A DNA stretch of 64,000 nucleotides from contig JBGPFC010000002.1 in the NCBI GenBank assembly GCA_041483195.1, forward strand, positions 64,001 to 128,000, given 5' to 3'. Shown piece by piece: positions 50,027 to 60,955 of this stretch; the stretch's first letter is position 1, and the number at the start of each line of letters is the position of its first letter. Both the position numbers and the translations under genes were made by a program. Under the pieces are notes generated by a model. The model did not search any database, was not told the origin of the DNA, and was given only the letters and a program-made list of their open reading frames with translations. This DNA comes from Candidatus Eiseniibacteriota bacterium (GTDB lineage: Bacteria > Eisenbacteria > RBG-16-71-46).

Positions 50027-51165
50027 AAGTGATCATCGCGGGCGGCGGCACCGGCGGGCACGTCTTCCCGGGCATCGCGGTCGCCGAGGAGCTCAAGCGC
50101 CGGCGCCCGAGCTCGACCGTGCTGTTCGTCGGCGGACGGCGGGGGCTGGAGGCGCAGGCCGTACCCGGCGCGGGGTTCGCGATTCGCTACGTCCAGACGC
50201 AGGGATTCCCCCGCCGCGCGTGGTGGCGCTGGCCGCAGGCGCTGATCTCGAACTTCGTCGGGTTCATCCAGTCGCTGTGGATCCTGTGGCAGGAGCGGCC
50301 CGACGTGGTGCTCGGCACCGGCGGCTACGTGAGCGGGCCGGTCGCCCTCGCCGCCTGGATGCTGGGCCGCCCGCTGCTGCTGCAGGAGCAGAACAGCATC
50401 CCCGGCCTCGCCAACCGCTGGCTCGCGCGGATCGCCGACGAGGTGCACCTGTCATTCGTCGAGGCGCGCTCCTACTTCGCGCGCAAGGACAACCTGAAGG
50501 TGAGCGGAAACCCGGTGCGCGCCCACATCCTGAGCGGCGACCGCGCGACAGCTCTGCGGGAGTTCGGACTCGCGAGCGGCAAGCCAACGGTGTTCATCTT
50601 CGGCGGCAGCCGCGGCGCGCACCGCATCAACGAGGCAGCGATCGACGCGATGCGGCGGCTCAAGGGCCGGGTGGACGTCCAGTTCATCCTCCAGACCGGG
50701 CGGGAGGATTTCGACTGGGCGCGCGGCGTCGTCGAGCAGGAACAGCTTCCGGCGAAGGTGTTGCCGTTCCTGCAGCGGATTCACATGGCCTATGCCGCGG
50801 CGGATCTGGTCGTGTGCCGCTCCGGAGCGATGACGCTCGCCGAGATCGCGGTGTGCGGCACGCCCGCCATCCTGATTCCGTATCCCCACGCCGCGCACGG
50901 CCACCAGGTCGTGAACGCCGGAAACCTGGTGGACCGCGGGGCGGCCGCGATGATCGTGGATCGCGAGCTGAGCGGAGAGCGGCTGGCGCGCGAGATCGCG
51001 CATCTGGTGAGCGACCGCCAGACCCTGTCGCGCATGTCGGCCAACGCGCGCACCTTCGCGCGGCCCGACGCTGCGGAGCGCATCGTGAAGAGCCTCGAGC
51101 GGTGGTCGGCGGGCCGCAAGGCCGCGCGGGACGCGGCCGGCTCGAGCGAAGGCGGGGGGCGCTGA
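50023..51165 (+). CDS. murG: Lipid II GlcNAc transferase
   Basis: GGGTGGHVFP, GTGGYVSGP, EQNSIPGLAN, GNPVR, GGSRGA, RSGAMT. Confidence 0.97.
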   Translation: MKVIIAGGGTGGHVFPGIAVAEELKRRRPSSTVLFVGGRRGLEAQAVPGAGFAIRYVQTQGFPRRAWWRWPQALISNFVGFIQSLWILWQERPDVVLGTGGYVSGPVALAAWMLGRPLLLQEQNSIPGLANRWLARIADEVHLSFVEARSYFARKDNLKVSGNPVRAHILSGDRATALREFGLASGKPTVFIFGGSRGAHRINEAAIDAMRRLKGRVDVQFILQTGREDFDWARGVVEQEQLPAKVLPFLQRIHMAYAAADLVVCRSGAMTLAEIAVCGTPAILIPYPHAAHGHQVVNAGNLVDRGAAAMIVDRELSGERLAREIAHLVSDRQTLSRMSANARTFARPDAAERIVKSLERWSAGRKAARDAAGSSEGGGR

Positions 51166-52563
51166 ATGTACGGGCGCACGCACCGCATCCACTTCATCGG
51201 CATCGGCGGCTCCGGCATGTGCGGGATCGCCGAGGTGCTGCTGAATCTGGGCTACCAGGTCTCGGGGAGCGATCTCAAGCTCGGCGAGATCACCGATCGC
51301 CTGGTGGCGCTGGGCGGCCGCGTGTTCCAGGGCCACGCGCCGTCGAACGTGGAGGGCGCGCAGGTCGTCGTGTTTTCGAGCGCGGTGCGGCCCGAGAATT
51401 CCGAGCTCGAAGCCGCGCGCGCCGCAGGGATTCCGGTGATCGGGCGCGCCGAGATGCTGGCCGAGCTCATGCGCATGAAATACGGGGTCGCGGTGGGCGG
51501 CTCCCACGGCAAGACCACGACCACCTCGATGATCGCGGCGGTGCTCGCACGCGGTGGGCTCGACCCCACGATCGTGGTCGGCGGCCGCCTGCGCGCGATC
51601 GGCTCGAACGCGATCCTCGGCCACGGGCGCTTCCTGATCGCCGAGGCCGACGAGAGCGACGGCTCGTTTCTCCGGTTGAGCCCGGCCGTCGCGGTGATCA
51701 CCAACATTGATCGCGAACATCTCGACCACTACGCGGGGCTCGAAGCGATCCGCCAGGCGTTCGTGTACTTCGCGAACCGCGTTCCGTTCTACGGCGTGAC
51801 GGTGTTATGCGCGGACGATCCGCAGGTGCGCGAGATCCTGCCCTCGGTGGCGAAGCGCACGACGCTCTACGGCACGAGGCCCGAGGCACAGGTCCGCGCG
51901 TCGCGCGTCGAGCTCACTCCCGGCGGCTCGCGATTCGTCGTGCACGCGTTTGGCCGCGAGCTGGGCGCGATCGAGCTGCAGGTTCCCGGCCGGCACAACG
52001 CGCTGAACGCGCTGGCGGCGGCCGCGGTCGGTCTCGAGGTCGAGGTGGGATTCGAGCACATCGCGGAATCGCTGGGGGCGTTCCATGGGGTCGCGCGCCG
52101 GTTCGAGACGCGCGGCGAGATCGCCGGGGTGCGGGTGGTGGACGACTACGGGCACCATCCCACGGAGATCGCGGTCACGCTCGCGGCCGCGCGCACGCTG
52201 GGCGGCCGCGTGCTGGTCATCTTCCAGCCCCACCGCTACACGCGCACCGCGCTCCTGCGCGAGGAATTCGGCGGCGCCTTCCGCGACGCCGATCGCGCGT
52301 GGGTGCTCGACATCTACGCGGCGGGGGAGACGCCGATCGCCGGGATCTCGGGTCGCACCATCGTCGAGAGCGCGCACGAGCAGGGCGCCACGAACGTCGG
52401 GTACGCGCCCGATGGCGCTGCGGCGGTCGCGGGCGTCGTCGCAGAGGCCCGGCCCGGCGATCTCGTGCTCACGCTGGGCGCCGGCGACGTGTGGAAGCTG
52501 GCGGAGGAGATCCTCGCGCTGCTCGCGACCGGCGCGCAGGCGGAGCAGGGGCGCGTCCGATGA
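51166..52563 (+). CDS. murC: UDP-MurNAc:L-Ala ligase
   Basis: HFIGIGGSGM, GSHGKTTTT, EADESDGSF, DDYGHHPTE, FQPHRYTR. Confidence 0.97.
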   Translation: MYGRTHRIHFIGIGGSGMCGIAEVLLNLGYQVSGSDLKLGEITDRLVALGGRVFQGHAPSNVEGAQVVVFSSAVRPENSELEAARAAGIPVIGRAEMLAELMRMKYGVAVGGSHGKTTTTSMIAAVLARGGLDPTIVVGGRLRAIGSNAILGHGRFLIAEADESDGSFLRLSPAVAVITNIDREHLDHYAGLEAIRQAFVYFANRVPFYGVTVLCADDPQVREILPSVAKRTTLYGTRPEAQVRASRVELTPGGSRFVVHAFGRELGAIELQVPGRHNALNALAAAAVGLEVEVGFEHIAESLGAFHGVARRFETRGEIAGVRVVDDYGHHPTEIAVTLAAARTLGGRVLVIFQPHRYTRTALLREEFGGAFRDADRAWVLDIYAAGETPIAGISGRTIVESAHEQGATNVGYAPDGAAAVAGVVAEARPGDLVLTLGAGDVWKLAEEILALLATGAQAEQGRVR

Positions 52564-53372
52564 GCCTCTACCAGGGGCGCGCGCTGCGCGCCGAGCCGCC
52601 CCGCCGGCGCGGCGGGAAGATCCGGCGCGTGTTCGCGATGCTGGGGCTGGTCGTGACGATCGCCGCCCTCGCGCACCTGCCGTGGAGCGCGATGCGTGAT
52701 CGCTGGGCCGTGGTGAGCGACGTGAGGGTCGAGGGCGTTCACTACCTGACCGCCGCGCGCGTGCGCGCGATTGCCGGAGTGGACCGCGGCGCGGACCTGT
52801 TCGCGTTCGACGCGGCGCGCGCGCGCCAACGGCTGCTGCTCGATCCGCGCGTCCGGGCCGCGCGAGTCGGAAGCGGCGGCCTGCGCTCGCTCGTCATCCG
52901 GATCGAGGAGCGTGTCCCGGTGCTGCTGGTCGAGCACGGCGTGCCGTGGGAGATGGACTCCGCCGGGGTGCTGCTGGCGCCGCTCGCGAACGGCGTGACC
53001 GCCGACCTCCCGTTGCTCGCCGGGCCGGCGTTCGCCGCGCTGCCCGCAGGCGCCCGGGTCGGCTCGATCCAGGTACGGAGGGGGCTCGCGTGGATGCAGG
53101 CGCTGAGCGCGCAGGAACTCGCGCTCGGCGGGCAGATCTCGGAGATCGACGTGTCGGACCCGCGCGCCACCTCGCTGTTGCTCATGAACGGCACGCGGGT
53201 GCTGTCGCCGGCGTGGCCGCCCGCGACCCGCACCCTCTCCGCGCTCCGGGTCGTGCTCGCCGATCTCGCGCATCGCGGCACCCAGGCGCAGGAAGTGGAT
53301 CTTCGATTCGAGAATCAGGTCATCGTCCGGCCGGTCGCGGCTTCCACGGCGCCGGCCTCGCAACGCAGTTAG
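52560..53372 (+). CDS. ftsQ: Cell division protein FtsQ/DivIB
   Basis: Single TM, POTRA-like VRVEGVHYL...IRIEERVP, C-terminal VDLRFENQVIVR; precedes ftsA. Confidence 0.88.
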   Translation: MSLYQGRALRAEPPRRRGGKIRRVFAMLGLVVTIAALAHLPWSAMRDRWAVVSDVRVEGVHYLTAARVRAIAGVDRGADLFAFDAARARQRLLLDPRVRAARVGSGGLRSLVIRIEERVPVLLVEHGVPWEMDSAGVLLAPLANGVTADLPLLAGPAFAALPAGARVGSIQVRRGLAWMQALSAQELALGGQISEIDVSDPRATSLLLMNGTRVLSPAWPPATRTLSALRVVLADLAHRGTQAQEVDLRFENQVIVRPVAASTAPASQRS

Positions 53373-53397
53373 CCCTCACAGGGAGGTGGGCATCGCC

Positions 53398-54636
53398 ATG
53401 GGACAGGTTTCCCGGACATTCGTGGGACTCGACATCGGCACCACCAAGATTTCGTGCATCGTCGCCGACCAGAACGGCAGCGGCGAGCTGCGCGTGGTGG
53501 GCGTGGGCAACGCCCCCAGCGAGGGGCTGCGCCGCGGCGTGGTCGTCGATCTCGAGAAGACCGTGCACAGCATTCGGCGTGCGGTGGAAGAGGCCGAGCG
53601 GATGGCGGGCGTCCCGGCGCGAGCGGTGACCGCCGGGATCGCGGGCGACCACATCCGCAGCATCAACAGCCGCGGGGTGATCGCGGTCTCGCGCAAGGAC
53701 AACGAGATCGGACCGTCCGATGTCGAACGCGTGATCGAAGCCGCCAAGGCGATCGCGATCCCGATGGACCGGGAGATCATCCACGTCATCCCTCAGGAAT
53801 TCATCGTCGACGATCAGGATGGTATCAAGGACCCGATCGGGATGAGCGGCGTGCGTCTCGAGGCGGAGATCCACATCATCACCGGGGCCGTGACCTCGGC
53901 GAAGAACATCTGCCGGGCGATCCAGCGCGCGGGATTCAAGGTCGCGGACCTGGTGCTCGAGCCGCTCGCATCGGCCAACGCGGTGCTGTGTCCCGATGAG
54001 CGCGATCTCGGGGTCGTGCTGCTCGACCTCGGCGGCGGCACCACCGATGTCGCGGTGTTCTTCGAGGGCTCGATCCGCCACACCGCGATCGTCCCGTTCG
54101 GCGGCGCGAACGTGACGAACGACATCGCGATCGGATTGCGCACCCCGATCGACAAGGCGGAACAGATCAAGATCCAGCACGGCTGCGCGCTCGCGGCGCT
54201 GGTGCCGGCCGACCAGACCATCACGGTGTCGGGCGTGGGGGGCCGGGCCGACCGCGAGATCTCGCGCCACGTGCTGGCCTCGATGATCGAGCCGCGCATG
54301 GAGGAGATCTTCGCCCTCGCGAACAAGGAGGTGAAGAAGAACCACTTCGCCGAGCTGCTGGGCGGGGGGGTGGTGCTGACCGGCGGGACCTCCCTGATGC
54401 CCGGGGTGGTCGAGCTCGCCGAACAGGTGTTCGAGATGCCGGTGCGGCTGGGCGTTCCGCAGGGGCTGGGCGGGCTCTCGGCCAACGTCGCCGATCCACG
54501 CTTCGCCACCGGCGTGGGGCTGGTGCTTCACGCCGCGATGGGAGAGGGAGCCGAGACCGCAGGCCGCGAACGCCGCGGTCACGGAGAGAGAGCCCGCGGG
54601 TTCGACCTGCGACGCTGGTTCACCGATTTGTTCTGA
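53398..54636 (+). CDS. ftsA: Cell division protein FtsA
   Basis: [33 protein letters not shown]-terminal amphipathic RRWFTDLF. Confidence 0.97.
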   Translation: MGQVSRTFVGLDIGTTKISCIVADQNGSGELRVVGVGNAPSEGLRRGVVVDLEKTVHSIRRAVEEAERMAGVPARAVTAGIAGDHIRSINSRGVIAVSRKDNEIGPSDVERVIEAAKAIAIPMDREIIHVIPQEFIVDDQDGIKDPIGMSGVRLEAEIHIITGAVTSAKNICRAIQRAGFKVADLVLEPLASANAVLCPDERDLGVVLLDLGGGTTDVAVFFEGSIRHTAIVPFGGANVTNDIAIGLRTPIDKAEQIKIQHGCALAALVPADQTITVSGVGGRADREISRHVLASMIEPRMEEIFALANKEVKKNHFAELLGGGVVLTGGTSLMPGVVELAEQVFEMPVRLGVPQGLGGLSANVADPRFATGVGLVLHAAMGEGAETAGRERRGHGERARGFDLRRWFTDLF

Positions 54637-54724
54637 TCCATCACCGCCTCATACCCGGCGGATCTCGCGCGCGTACGGATCGTCCGTCCGCGCCGCCGGC
54701 GGGGAAGGCACAGGGAGCCGTGCC

Positions 54725-55864
54725 ATGTTCGAGCTGGAGATCGAGAACACCAACACCGCGAAGCTGAAGGTCATCGGGTGCGGCGGCGCGGGCGGAAACG
54801 CGGTCAATCGCATGATCGGCGCCGGCCTGCGCGGCGTGGAGTTCATCGTCGCGAACACCGACGTGCAGGCCCTCAATCAGTCGCTCGCCCCGCACCGGAT
54901 TCAAATTGGAATGAGCGCGACCCGCGGGCTGGGCTCGGGAGGCGATCCCACGCAGGGCCGGGCCGCGGCCGAGGAGGACACCCAGTCCATCTCCGACGCG
55001 CTCAACGACAGCGACATGGTGTTCATCACCGCCGGCATGGGTGGCGGCACCGGCACCGGGGCGGCGCCGGTCGTCGCGCGCCTCGCGAAGCAGACCGGCG
55101 CGCTGACGGTCGCGGTCGTGACCAAGCCGTTCCAGTTCGAGGGTCGGCGGCGCATGCGGCAGGCCGACGAAGGCCTCGCCGAGCTGCGTGCCGAGGTCGA
55201 CACGCTGATCGTGATTCCCAACGAGCGGCTGCTCTCCGTCGTCGACAAGGGCACGTCGCTGTCGGACGCGTTCAGCGTGTGCGACGAGGTGCTGCTCAAG
55301 GCGACCAAGGGGATCTCGGATCTCGTCACCGTCCCGGGGATCGTCAACCTCGACTTCGCGGACGTGAAGGCGGTGATGTCGAATCGCGGGAACGCGCTGA
55401 TGGGCACCGGCCGCGCCTCGGGTTCGAACCGCGCGACGGAGGCCGCGCAGGCCGCCGTGTCGAGCCCGTTGCTCGAAGACGTCTCGATCGCGGGAGCGGA
55501 AGGCGTGCTCGTCAACATCACCGGGGGTCGCGATCTCACGCTGCACGAGGTCAACGAGGCCGCCGGCGTCGTGGTGGGCGCGGCGGGCGAGGATGCGAAC
55601 GTGATCTTCGGAGCGGTGATCGATCCCAACATGGACGGCGAGATCATGATCACGGTGGTCGCCACCGGATTCGGTCACGTCGAGCCGCGGCTGCGCCTGA
55701 TCGACAAGGCGCGAGCGGCCGCCGATGGCGAGGAGGACGGTGAGCTGAAACACCCGCAGCCCTGGAAGCGGGGCGATGACACCCGCGCCTCGCGCTGGAG
55801 CCGCTCCGGGACGCGCGGCGAATCCCTCGAGGTCCCGACGTTCCTGCGGCGGCAGATGGACTGA
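54725..55864 (+). CDS. ftsZ: Cell division protein FtsZ
   Basis: [25 protein letters not shown] tubulin signature, NLDFADV, C-terminal [12 protein letters not shown]. Confidence 0.98.
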   Translation: MFELEIENTNTAKLKVIGCGGAGGNAVNRMIGAGLRGVEFIVANTDVQALNQSLAPHRIQIGMSATRGLGSGGDPTQGRAAAEEDTQSISDALNDSDMVFITAGMGGGTGTGAAPVVARLAKQTGALTVAVVTKPFQFEGRRRMRQADEGLAELRAEVDTLIVIPNERLLSVVDKGTSLSDAFSVCDEVLLKATKGISDLVTVPGIVNLDFADVKAVMSNRGNALMGTGRASGSNRATEAAQAAVSSPLLEDVSIAGAEGVLVNITGGRDLTLHEVNEAAGVVVGAAGEDANVIFGAVIDPNMDGEIMITVVATGFGHVEPRLRLIDKARAAADGEEDGELKHPQPWKRGDDTRASRWSRSGTRGESLEVPTFLRRQMD

Positions 55865-55909
55865 CACGCCGGACCGTCACCATCTGAGCGCGACCGCCCG
55901 CGGGGCTCG

Positions 55910-57601
55910 ATGGCCGCGGGCCAGCGGCCCGCGCCAAAACAGGAGTGTGCTCTGACGATCTTCTCGACACTGTTGCGCTGGGGTCACAATCGGCACTACA
56001 GCCGCGGCATGGTGCACTTCAACCGCGGAGAATACGATCGAGCCGCCGAGTCGTTCGAGCGTGCGCTGGCCGAGGTGCGGGAGCCGTCCGATCCGGACTA
56101 CAGCCTCGCTCGATGCTATGCCGCCGAGGCGCGCTCGCAGCTCGGGCTCGCGTTCTTTCACGCCGGGCAGTACTCCAGCGCGGAGCGGGAGTTCACGCGC
56201 GCCCTCGAGGAGAACCCCTCGTTTCCCGATTTGCGCTACCTGCGGGCGCGGATCTACGAGCGCTCGGGGCGCACGCAGGAGGCGGTCGCGGAGCTGACGC
56301 TCGCGCTGGGGGACCAGCCGAACTACGTCGACGCGCACCTGCTGCTGGCGCACTGCCACAGCCAGCTCGGCGATCCAGCCCGGTCCGCCGCCTCGCTGCA
56401 GCGCGCGCTCGAGCTGGGTTACATCCTGCCGGCGGGCATGGAGTCATCGCGGGCCGCCGAATGGAATACCGCGGAATGGGCCGACGTGATTTCCGACGCG
56501 CGCCCGGCCGGGCCCGCCACGGGCTCACAGGATCGCGCCCTCGAGCGCTACCACGAGGGCGACCTGGCCGGCGCCATCGAGGACCTGCGACGGGCGGTCG
56601 CCGAGCAACCCGCGTGGGCCGACCGCCGCTGCCGGCTCGGGGGTCTGTTGCTCGAGGCGGGACGCCTGGACGACGCTCTGCTCGAGCTGGAACAGGCCCT
56701 GCGGATCAACCCGCGCTACCTGGAGGCACGCATGCTCGCAGCCCGCGCCCACCTCGAGCGCGGGGAGGCGGGCGCAGCGGTGGCCGGGCTCGAAGTGGCG
56801 ATCGCGAGCTTCCCCGACTATCCCGATCTCCACTTCTGGCTCGGGCTCGCGCGGTTTCGAGCGGGCGATCTGGCTCGCGCGGCGGAGACCCTCGAGCGCG
56901 CGGTCGAGCTCAATCGCCAGTTCGGGCGCGCCCAGCGCCTGCTCGCGCTCGTCTATCACGCGCTCGGGCGGCGCGAGGACGCGCTGCGGGCGCTGCGCCG
57001 GGGTCTGGCGCGCGATCGCGAAGTGCCGCACGCCGCGGTCGAGGCTGCGCTGCTGCTCGACCAGCTCGGCGATTCGGCGGCCGCCGAGACCGAGCTTGCG
57101 CGCGCCATCACGTTGCGACCCGGCTATCCCGACCTTCAGCTCGGGCTGGCGCGGGTGCGCGCCGGGCGCGGCGATCCCGAGGGAGCGCGGGCCGCGTACC
57201 TCGCGGCGCTCCGGCTCAAGCCGGATTACGGAGTGGCCGCGATGGAGCTGGCGCGCATCGAGCTGCATCTCGGCCGGCAGGCGGAGGCCGAGCGCCTGCT
57301 CGCCGAACTCGTCGGGCGTCATCCGCACTGGGCCGATGCGCAGGGGCTGCTGGGGCGCACCCGGCTGCTGCTCGGCAACGCGCGCGGGGCCGAAGCCCCG
57401 CTACGGGCCGCGGTCGCGCTCCATCCCGGATATGCCGCCGCGCGGGCGGATCTCGGGTGGGCTCTGCTCGCGCTCGCGCGCAGCCGCGAGGCCGACGAGG
57501 AATTCGCGCGCGCGCTGGAACTCGACCCACTCCATGCGCTGCCGCGGCAGCAGCTCGAGTGGCGGGAATTGCTGAGCGCGCGGCGGGAGAGCGCGGCCTG
57601 A
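55910..57601 (+). CDS. All-TPR repeat protein
   Basis: Repeated A..NP.Y.DA/PDL...LG helical TPR pattern along the whole length; no signal peptide seen; start uncertain (ATG 55910 or CTG 55952). Confidence 0.85.
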   Translation: MAAGQRPAPKQECALTIFSTLLRWGHNRHYSRGMVHFNRGEYDRAAESFERALAEVREPSDPDYSLARCYAAEARSQLGLAFFHAGQYSSAEREFTRALEENPSFPDLRYLRARIYERSGRTQEAVAELTLALGDQPNYVDAHLLLAHCHSQLGDPARSAASLQRALELGYILPAGMESSRAAEWNTAEWADVISDARPAGPATGSQDRALERYHEGDLAGAIEDLRRAVAEQPAWADRRCRLGGLLLEAGRLDDALLELEQALRINPRYLEARMLAARAHLERGEAGAAVAGLEVAIASFPDYPDLHFWLGLARFRAGDLARAAETLERAVELNRQFGRAQRLLALVYHALGRREDALRALRRGLARDREVPHAAVEAALLLDQLGDSAAAETELARAITLRPGYPDLQLGLARVRAGRGDPEGARAAYLAALRLKPDYGVAAMELARIELHLGRQAEAERLLAELVGRHPHWADAQGLLGRTRLLLGNARGAEAPLRAAVALHPGYAAARADLGWALLALARSREADEEFARALELDPLHALPRQQLEWRELLSARRESAA

Positions 57602-57697
57602 GCGCGGCGCGCGTGTGCCGGGGGCACGTCACGCTCGCCGGGGCGCGACCCCGTCAGCGGGGACGCGTTCGCGCTCGATGAGCCGGAATGACGCGCG

Positions 57698-57916
57698 TCA
57701 GACGGCCGGGATCTTCCGCCGGCTCCGCGCCGCTTTTTGCACCTTATTGCCGCGCAGGCAGCGCGTGCACACGTCGATGTTCTTGACCCGGCCTCCGACC
57801 AGAGCGCGAACCCGCTGAAGGTTGGGGTTCCAGATGCGTTTGCTCAGGTTGTGGGCATGGCTCACGGCGTGGCCGTGCATGGTTCCCTTACCGCAGACGT
57901 CACAGCGTTGAGCCAA
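57698..57916 (-). CDS. rpmB: 50S ribosomal protein bL28 (Zn-ribbon, C+ type)
   Basis: MAQRCDVCGK...VSHAHNLSKRIWNPNLQRVR...VCTRCLR; TTG start after GGAGG. Confidence 0.95.
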   Translation of the reverse strand: MAQRCDVCGKGTMHGHAVSHAHNLSKRIWNPNLQRVRALVGGRVKNIDVCTRCLRGNKVQKAARSRRKIPAV

Positions 57917-57991
57917 GGCAAATCCTCCTGTGCAGAGAGCGGCCACCGGCAGTCCGCACCGGCGCCATCGAGGGCTCGAAAAGGACGGGAG

Positions 57992-58020
57992 AGACTAGCA
58001 GCCGTGAGCACGAGTGTAAA
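57992..58020 (-). promoter_or_regulatory. Putative sigma70 promoter for rpmB
   Basis: On the - strand: TTTACA-17 nt-TAGTCT with TGn extension. Confidence 0.55.
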
Positions 58021-58217
58021 GCGCGAGGCCCGTCCCGGCGCGAGGGCGCTCGGGCGGGCAGCCGTTCGAGCGGAACGGGCTTTTTCCAGGAGTGCGCCTC
58101 GCGGACAATGCGCGGGACGGCGCGGCGCAGGGCCGCGCCCTTGCGAATGAACCCGGGGAGCGCGATGCACTCGATGCCGATCCGCCGAGCCGCCGGGCGG
58201 TCCGCGCCGGCCCGCCG

Positions 58218-60311
58218 ATGCCGGCCGTGACCAGTTCGCACCTGGATCCGCAGTCGCGCCTGCAGTTTCTGCCGGGCGTCGGCCCGGTCCGCGCGCGCGC
58301 GTTCGAGCGGCTCGGACTCTGCACGCTCGAGCACCTCTTGCGTCACTACCCGCGGGCCTACCTCGACGCGCGCCGGTTCGTGAAGATCGGTGATCTGCGA
58401 CCGGGCGAGCTGGTCACGATCGACGGCGTGGTCCGCAACGCCGCAGCGATCCGTACCCGCGCCGGGCGCACCGATTTCGTCGCGACCCTCGAGGATGGCA
58501 CCGGCCTCCTGCCCTGCTACTTCTTCGGCCAGCCGTTTCTCGCGCGCTCGATCCGGCGGGGCGCGCGGGTCGTGGTGAGCGGCGAGCTCGACCCGATCGA
58601 AGGGCGGATGATGAACCCGCTGTTCGAGGTGATCGATGGCGACATCGAAGCCCTGCTCCACGTGGGGCGGCTGGTGCCGGTGCACGCGCTGACGCGGGGC
58701 GTCACGGCGCGCGCCATGCGGCGCGCGGTTCGCGCCGCCCTCGATGCCGCCGCGGACCGCGTCGACGATCCGGTTCCGCCGGAGATCGCGCGCACGCACG
58801 GCCTGGCTCCGCTCGCGGACGCGCTCGCCGGGATCCATTTCCCCGATGACGATGCGGCGCTCGCGGCCTCACGGCGGCGGCTCGCGTTCGAGGAGCTGTT
58901 CCTGCTGCAGAGCGTGCTCGAGCTGCGCCGGCGCGCGCTGCGCGAAGAGGGCCGCGGGTTGGGGAGCGCCGGCCCCGGCGCGCTCGCGGCCGCGGTGCGG
59001 CGCACCCTGCCCTTCGCGCTCACGGCCGATCAGGATCGGGCGGTCGCGGAAATCGTGGCCGACCTGCGCGCGACGCACCCGATGCAGCGTCTGCTGCTGG
59101 GCGATGTCGGCAGCGGCAAGACCGTGGTCGCGCTGCTCGCGGCCCTCCACGTGGTCGAGGCGGGACATCAGGTCGCGTTCATGGTGCCCACCGAGATCCT
59201 GGCGCGACAGCACGCGGAAACGCTCGCGCGCCTCCGCGGGGAAGCCGGCGTCGCGATCGCCGCGCTCACGGGAGCGACGCCCGCCGCCGAGCGCCGCGCT
59301 CTGCTCGCGCGGCTGAGCGCGGGCGAGCCCATGATCGTGGTCGGCACGCACGCGCTGCTCGAGGAGAAGGTGAAGTTGCCCCGGCTCGGGCTCGCGATCG
59401 TGGACGAGCAGCACCGTTTCGGGGTGCGGCAGCGCGCGACCCTCGCGCAGAAGAACGTGATCCCGGACGTGCTGGTGCTCACGGCCACGCCGATCCCGCG
59501 CACGCTGACGCTCGCGTGGTACGGCGACCTCGACGTGAGCCGGCTGGCGTTCCGGCCTGCCGGGCGCGGCCGGATCGTCACGCGCGTCACCGGCGAGGAA
59601 AAATTCCAGCTGGTGATCGAGTTCATGGCACGAGAGATCGACCGCGGCCGGCAGGCATTCGTCGTGCTTCCCGTGATCGAGGAAGGCGCCCGCATCGAAT
59701 CTCGCGCGGCCGAGGCGGAGTTCGTGAGACTGCGCGGGCACCCGATGCTGCGCCGCTTCGCGCTCGGGCTGCTCCACGGCCGGCTCAAGCCGGACGAGAA
59801 GCAGGCGGTGATGCGCGCGTTCGCGGAGGGCGCCACCCAGCTGCTGGTGACGACGACCGTGATCGAGGTCGGGATCGACGTGCCGAACGCGACGGTGATG
59901 GTGGTCGAGAACGCCGAACGGTTCGGGCTGACGCAGCTTCACCAGTTGCGGGGGCGCGTGGGGCGGGGCTCGAACCGATCGGTGTGCGTCCTGGTGCCGG
60001 GTCCGGGGGCGAGCGCGAGCGCGCGCGAGCGGCTCGCGGTGCTGGCCGATACGGAGGATGGGTTCGCGATCGCCGAGGCGGACCTGCGGCTGCGCGGGCC
60101 GGGCGAGATGTGGGGCACGCGGCAGAGCGGTCTGCCACGGCTGAAGCTCGCGGATCTCGCACGCGACGAACAGCTGCTCGAGGAGACGCGCGCCGCGGCG
60201 CGCGGTCTGGTCGCGGGCGACCCGTGGTTGCAGCAGGCCGCACACGCGACGCTCAAGGCCACGCTGCTCGCGCATTACCGCGAACCGCTCGCGCTCGCGC
60301 TCGCCGGATAA
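58218..60311 (+). CDS. recG: ATP-dependent DNA helicase RecG
   Basis: LPGVGP, GDVGSGKT, DEQHRFG, TATPIPRT, TTVIEVGIDVPNA, QLHQLRGRVGRG, DLRLRGPGE...QSG. Confidence 0.96.
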   Translation: MPAVTSSHLDPQSRLQFLPGVGPVRARAFERLGLCTLEHLLRHYPRAYLDARRFVKIGDLRPGELVTIDGVVRNAAAIRTRAGRTDFVATLEDGTGLLPCYFFGQPFLARSIRRGARVVVSGELDPIEGRMMNPLFEVIDGDIEALLHVGRLVPVHALTRGVTARAMRRAVRAALDAAADRVDDPVPPEIARTHGLAPLADALAGIHFPDDDAALAASRRRLAFEELFLLQSVLELRRRALREEGRGLGSAGPGALAAAVRRTLPFALTADQDRAVAEIVADLRATHPMQRLLLGDVGSGKTVVALLAALHVVEAGHQVAFMVPTEILARQHAETLARLRGEAGVAIAALTGATPAAERRALLARLSAGEPMIVVGTHALLEEKVKLPRLGLAIVDEQHRFGVRQRATLAQKNVIPDVLVLTATPIPRTLTLAWYGDLDVSRLAFRPAGRGRIVTRVTGEEKFQLVIEFMAREIDRGRQAFVVLPVIEEGARIESRAAEAEFVRLRGHPMLRRFALGLLHGRLKPDEKQAVMRAFAEGATQLLVTTTVIEVGIDVPNATVMVVENAERFGLTQLHQLRGRVGRGSNRSVCVLVPGPGASASARERLAVLADTEDGFAIAEADLRLRGPGEMWGTRQSGLPRLKLADLARDEQLLEETRAAARGLVAGDPWLQQAAHATLKATLLAHYREPLALALAG

Positions 60312-60385
60312 TCGCGGCTTGCGCTCACGCGCGGTTCGGGCAGAATGTCGGCGTCTCGCATCGGGATCGAGGAGGAGAGTCCGCG

Positions 60386-60955
60386 ATGACCGTTCAGTGC
60401 CCACATTGCGCCACGCGCTACGAGCTGCCCGGACGTCTCATCGGCGCCGGGGGAGCCGAGGTGCGTTGCCCGCGCTGCCGTCGGAATTTTCTCGTCTCTT
60501 CGGATGGGGTCGTTCTGAGCCCGGCAGCTCCCGCGGGGGGCCCGCGATCCGCGCACCCCGAAGCTCGCGAGCCCGCACGCCCCGATCCCCGCGGGCCCGC
60601 CCGCCCCGCCGCGGAAGCCGGCCCGACGGCCACGGGCGCCGGGTCGGGCCCGACCGGCGGCGCCGCGGAACGGCCGGGCCCCGCTGCGCAGCAGATCGCG
60701 ACGGCTCCCGATCCGCACGTGATCGCCCGCGCCGTGCTCGGAGACCTCGCCGAGCGCTCGGGCGATCCCCTCGCCGAGGCCGGCGCGCAGGGGCGCCTGT
60801 TCTCGGAATTCGGCCCGGCGTTGCTGGGGGCATTCGACGAGTATCGCCGCCGGGTGGGAGCGGGGGCGCAGCCCGGGCCGTTCCGCGAGGCGCTGCGGGA
60901 ACGCTGGGGAATCGAGCTCGAGCCGCGCTGGGGCGAGGACCCCGCGACGCGCTAG
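60386..60955 (+). CDS. Zinc-ribbon (MJ0042-type) protein with Pro/Ala-rich linker and C-terminal helical domain
   Basis: MTVQCPHCATRY...VRCPRCRRNF; strong GGAGGAG RBS. Confidence 0.8.
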   Translation: MTVQCPHCATRYELPGRLIGAGGAEVRCPRCRRNFLVSSDGVVLSPAAPAGGPRSAHPEAREPARPDPRGPARPAAEAGPTATGAGSGPTGGAAERPGPAAQQIATAPDPHVIARAVLGDLAERSGDPLAEAGAQGRLFSEFGPALLGAFDEYRRRVGAGAQPGPFREALRERWGIELEPRWGEDPATR

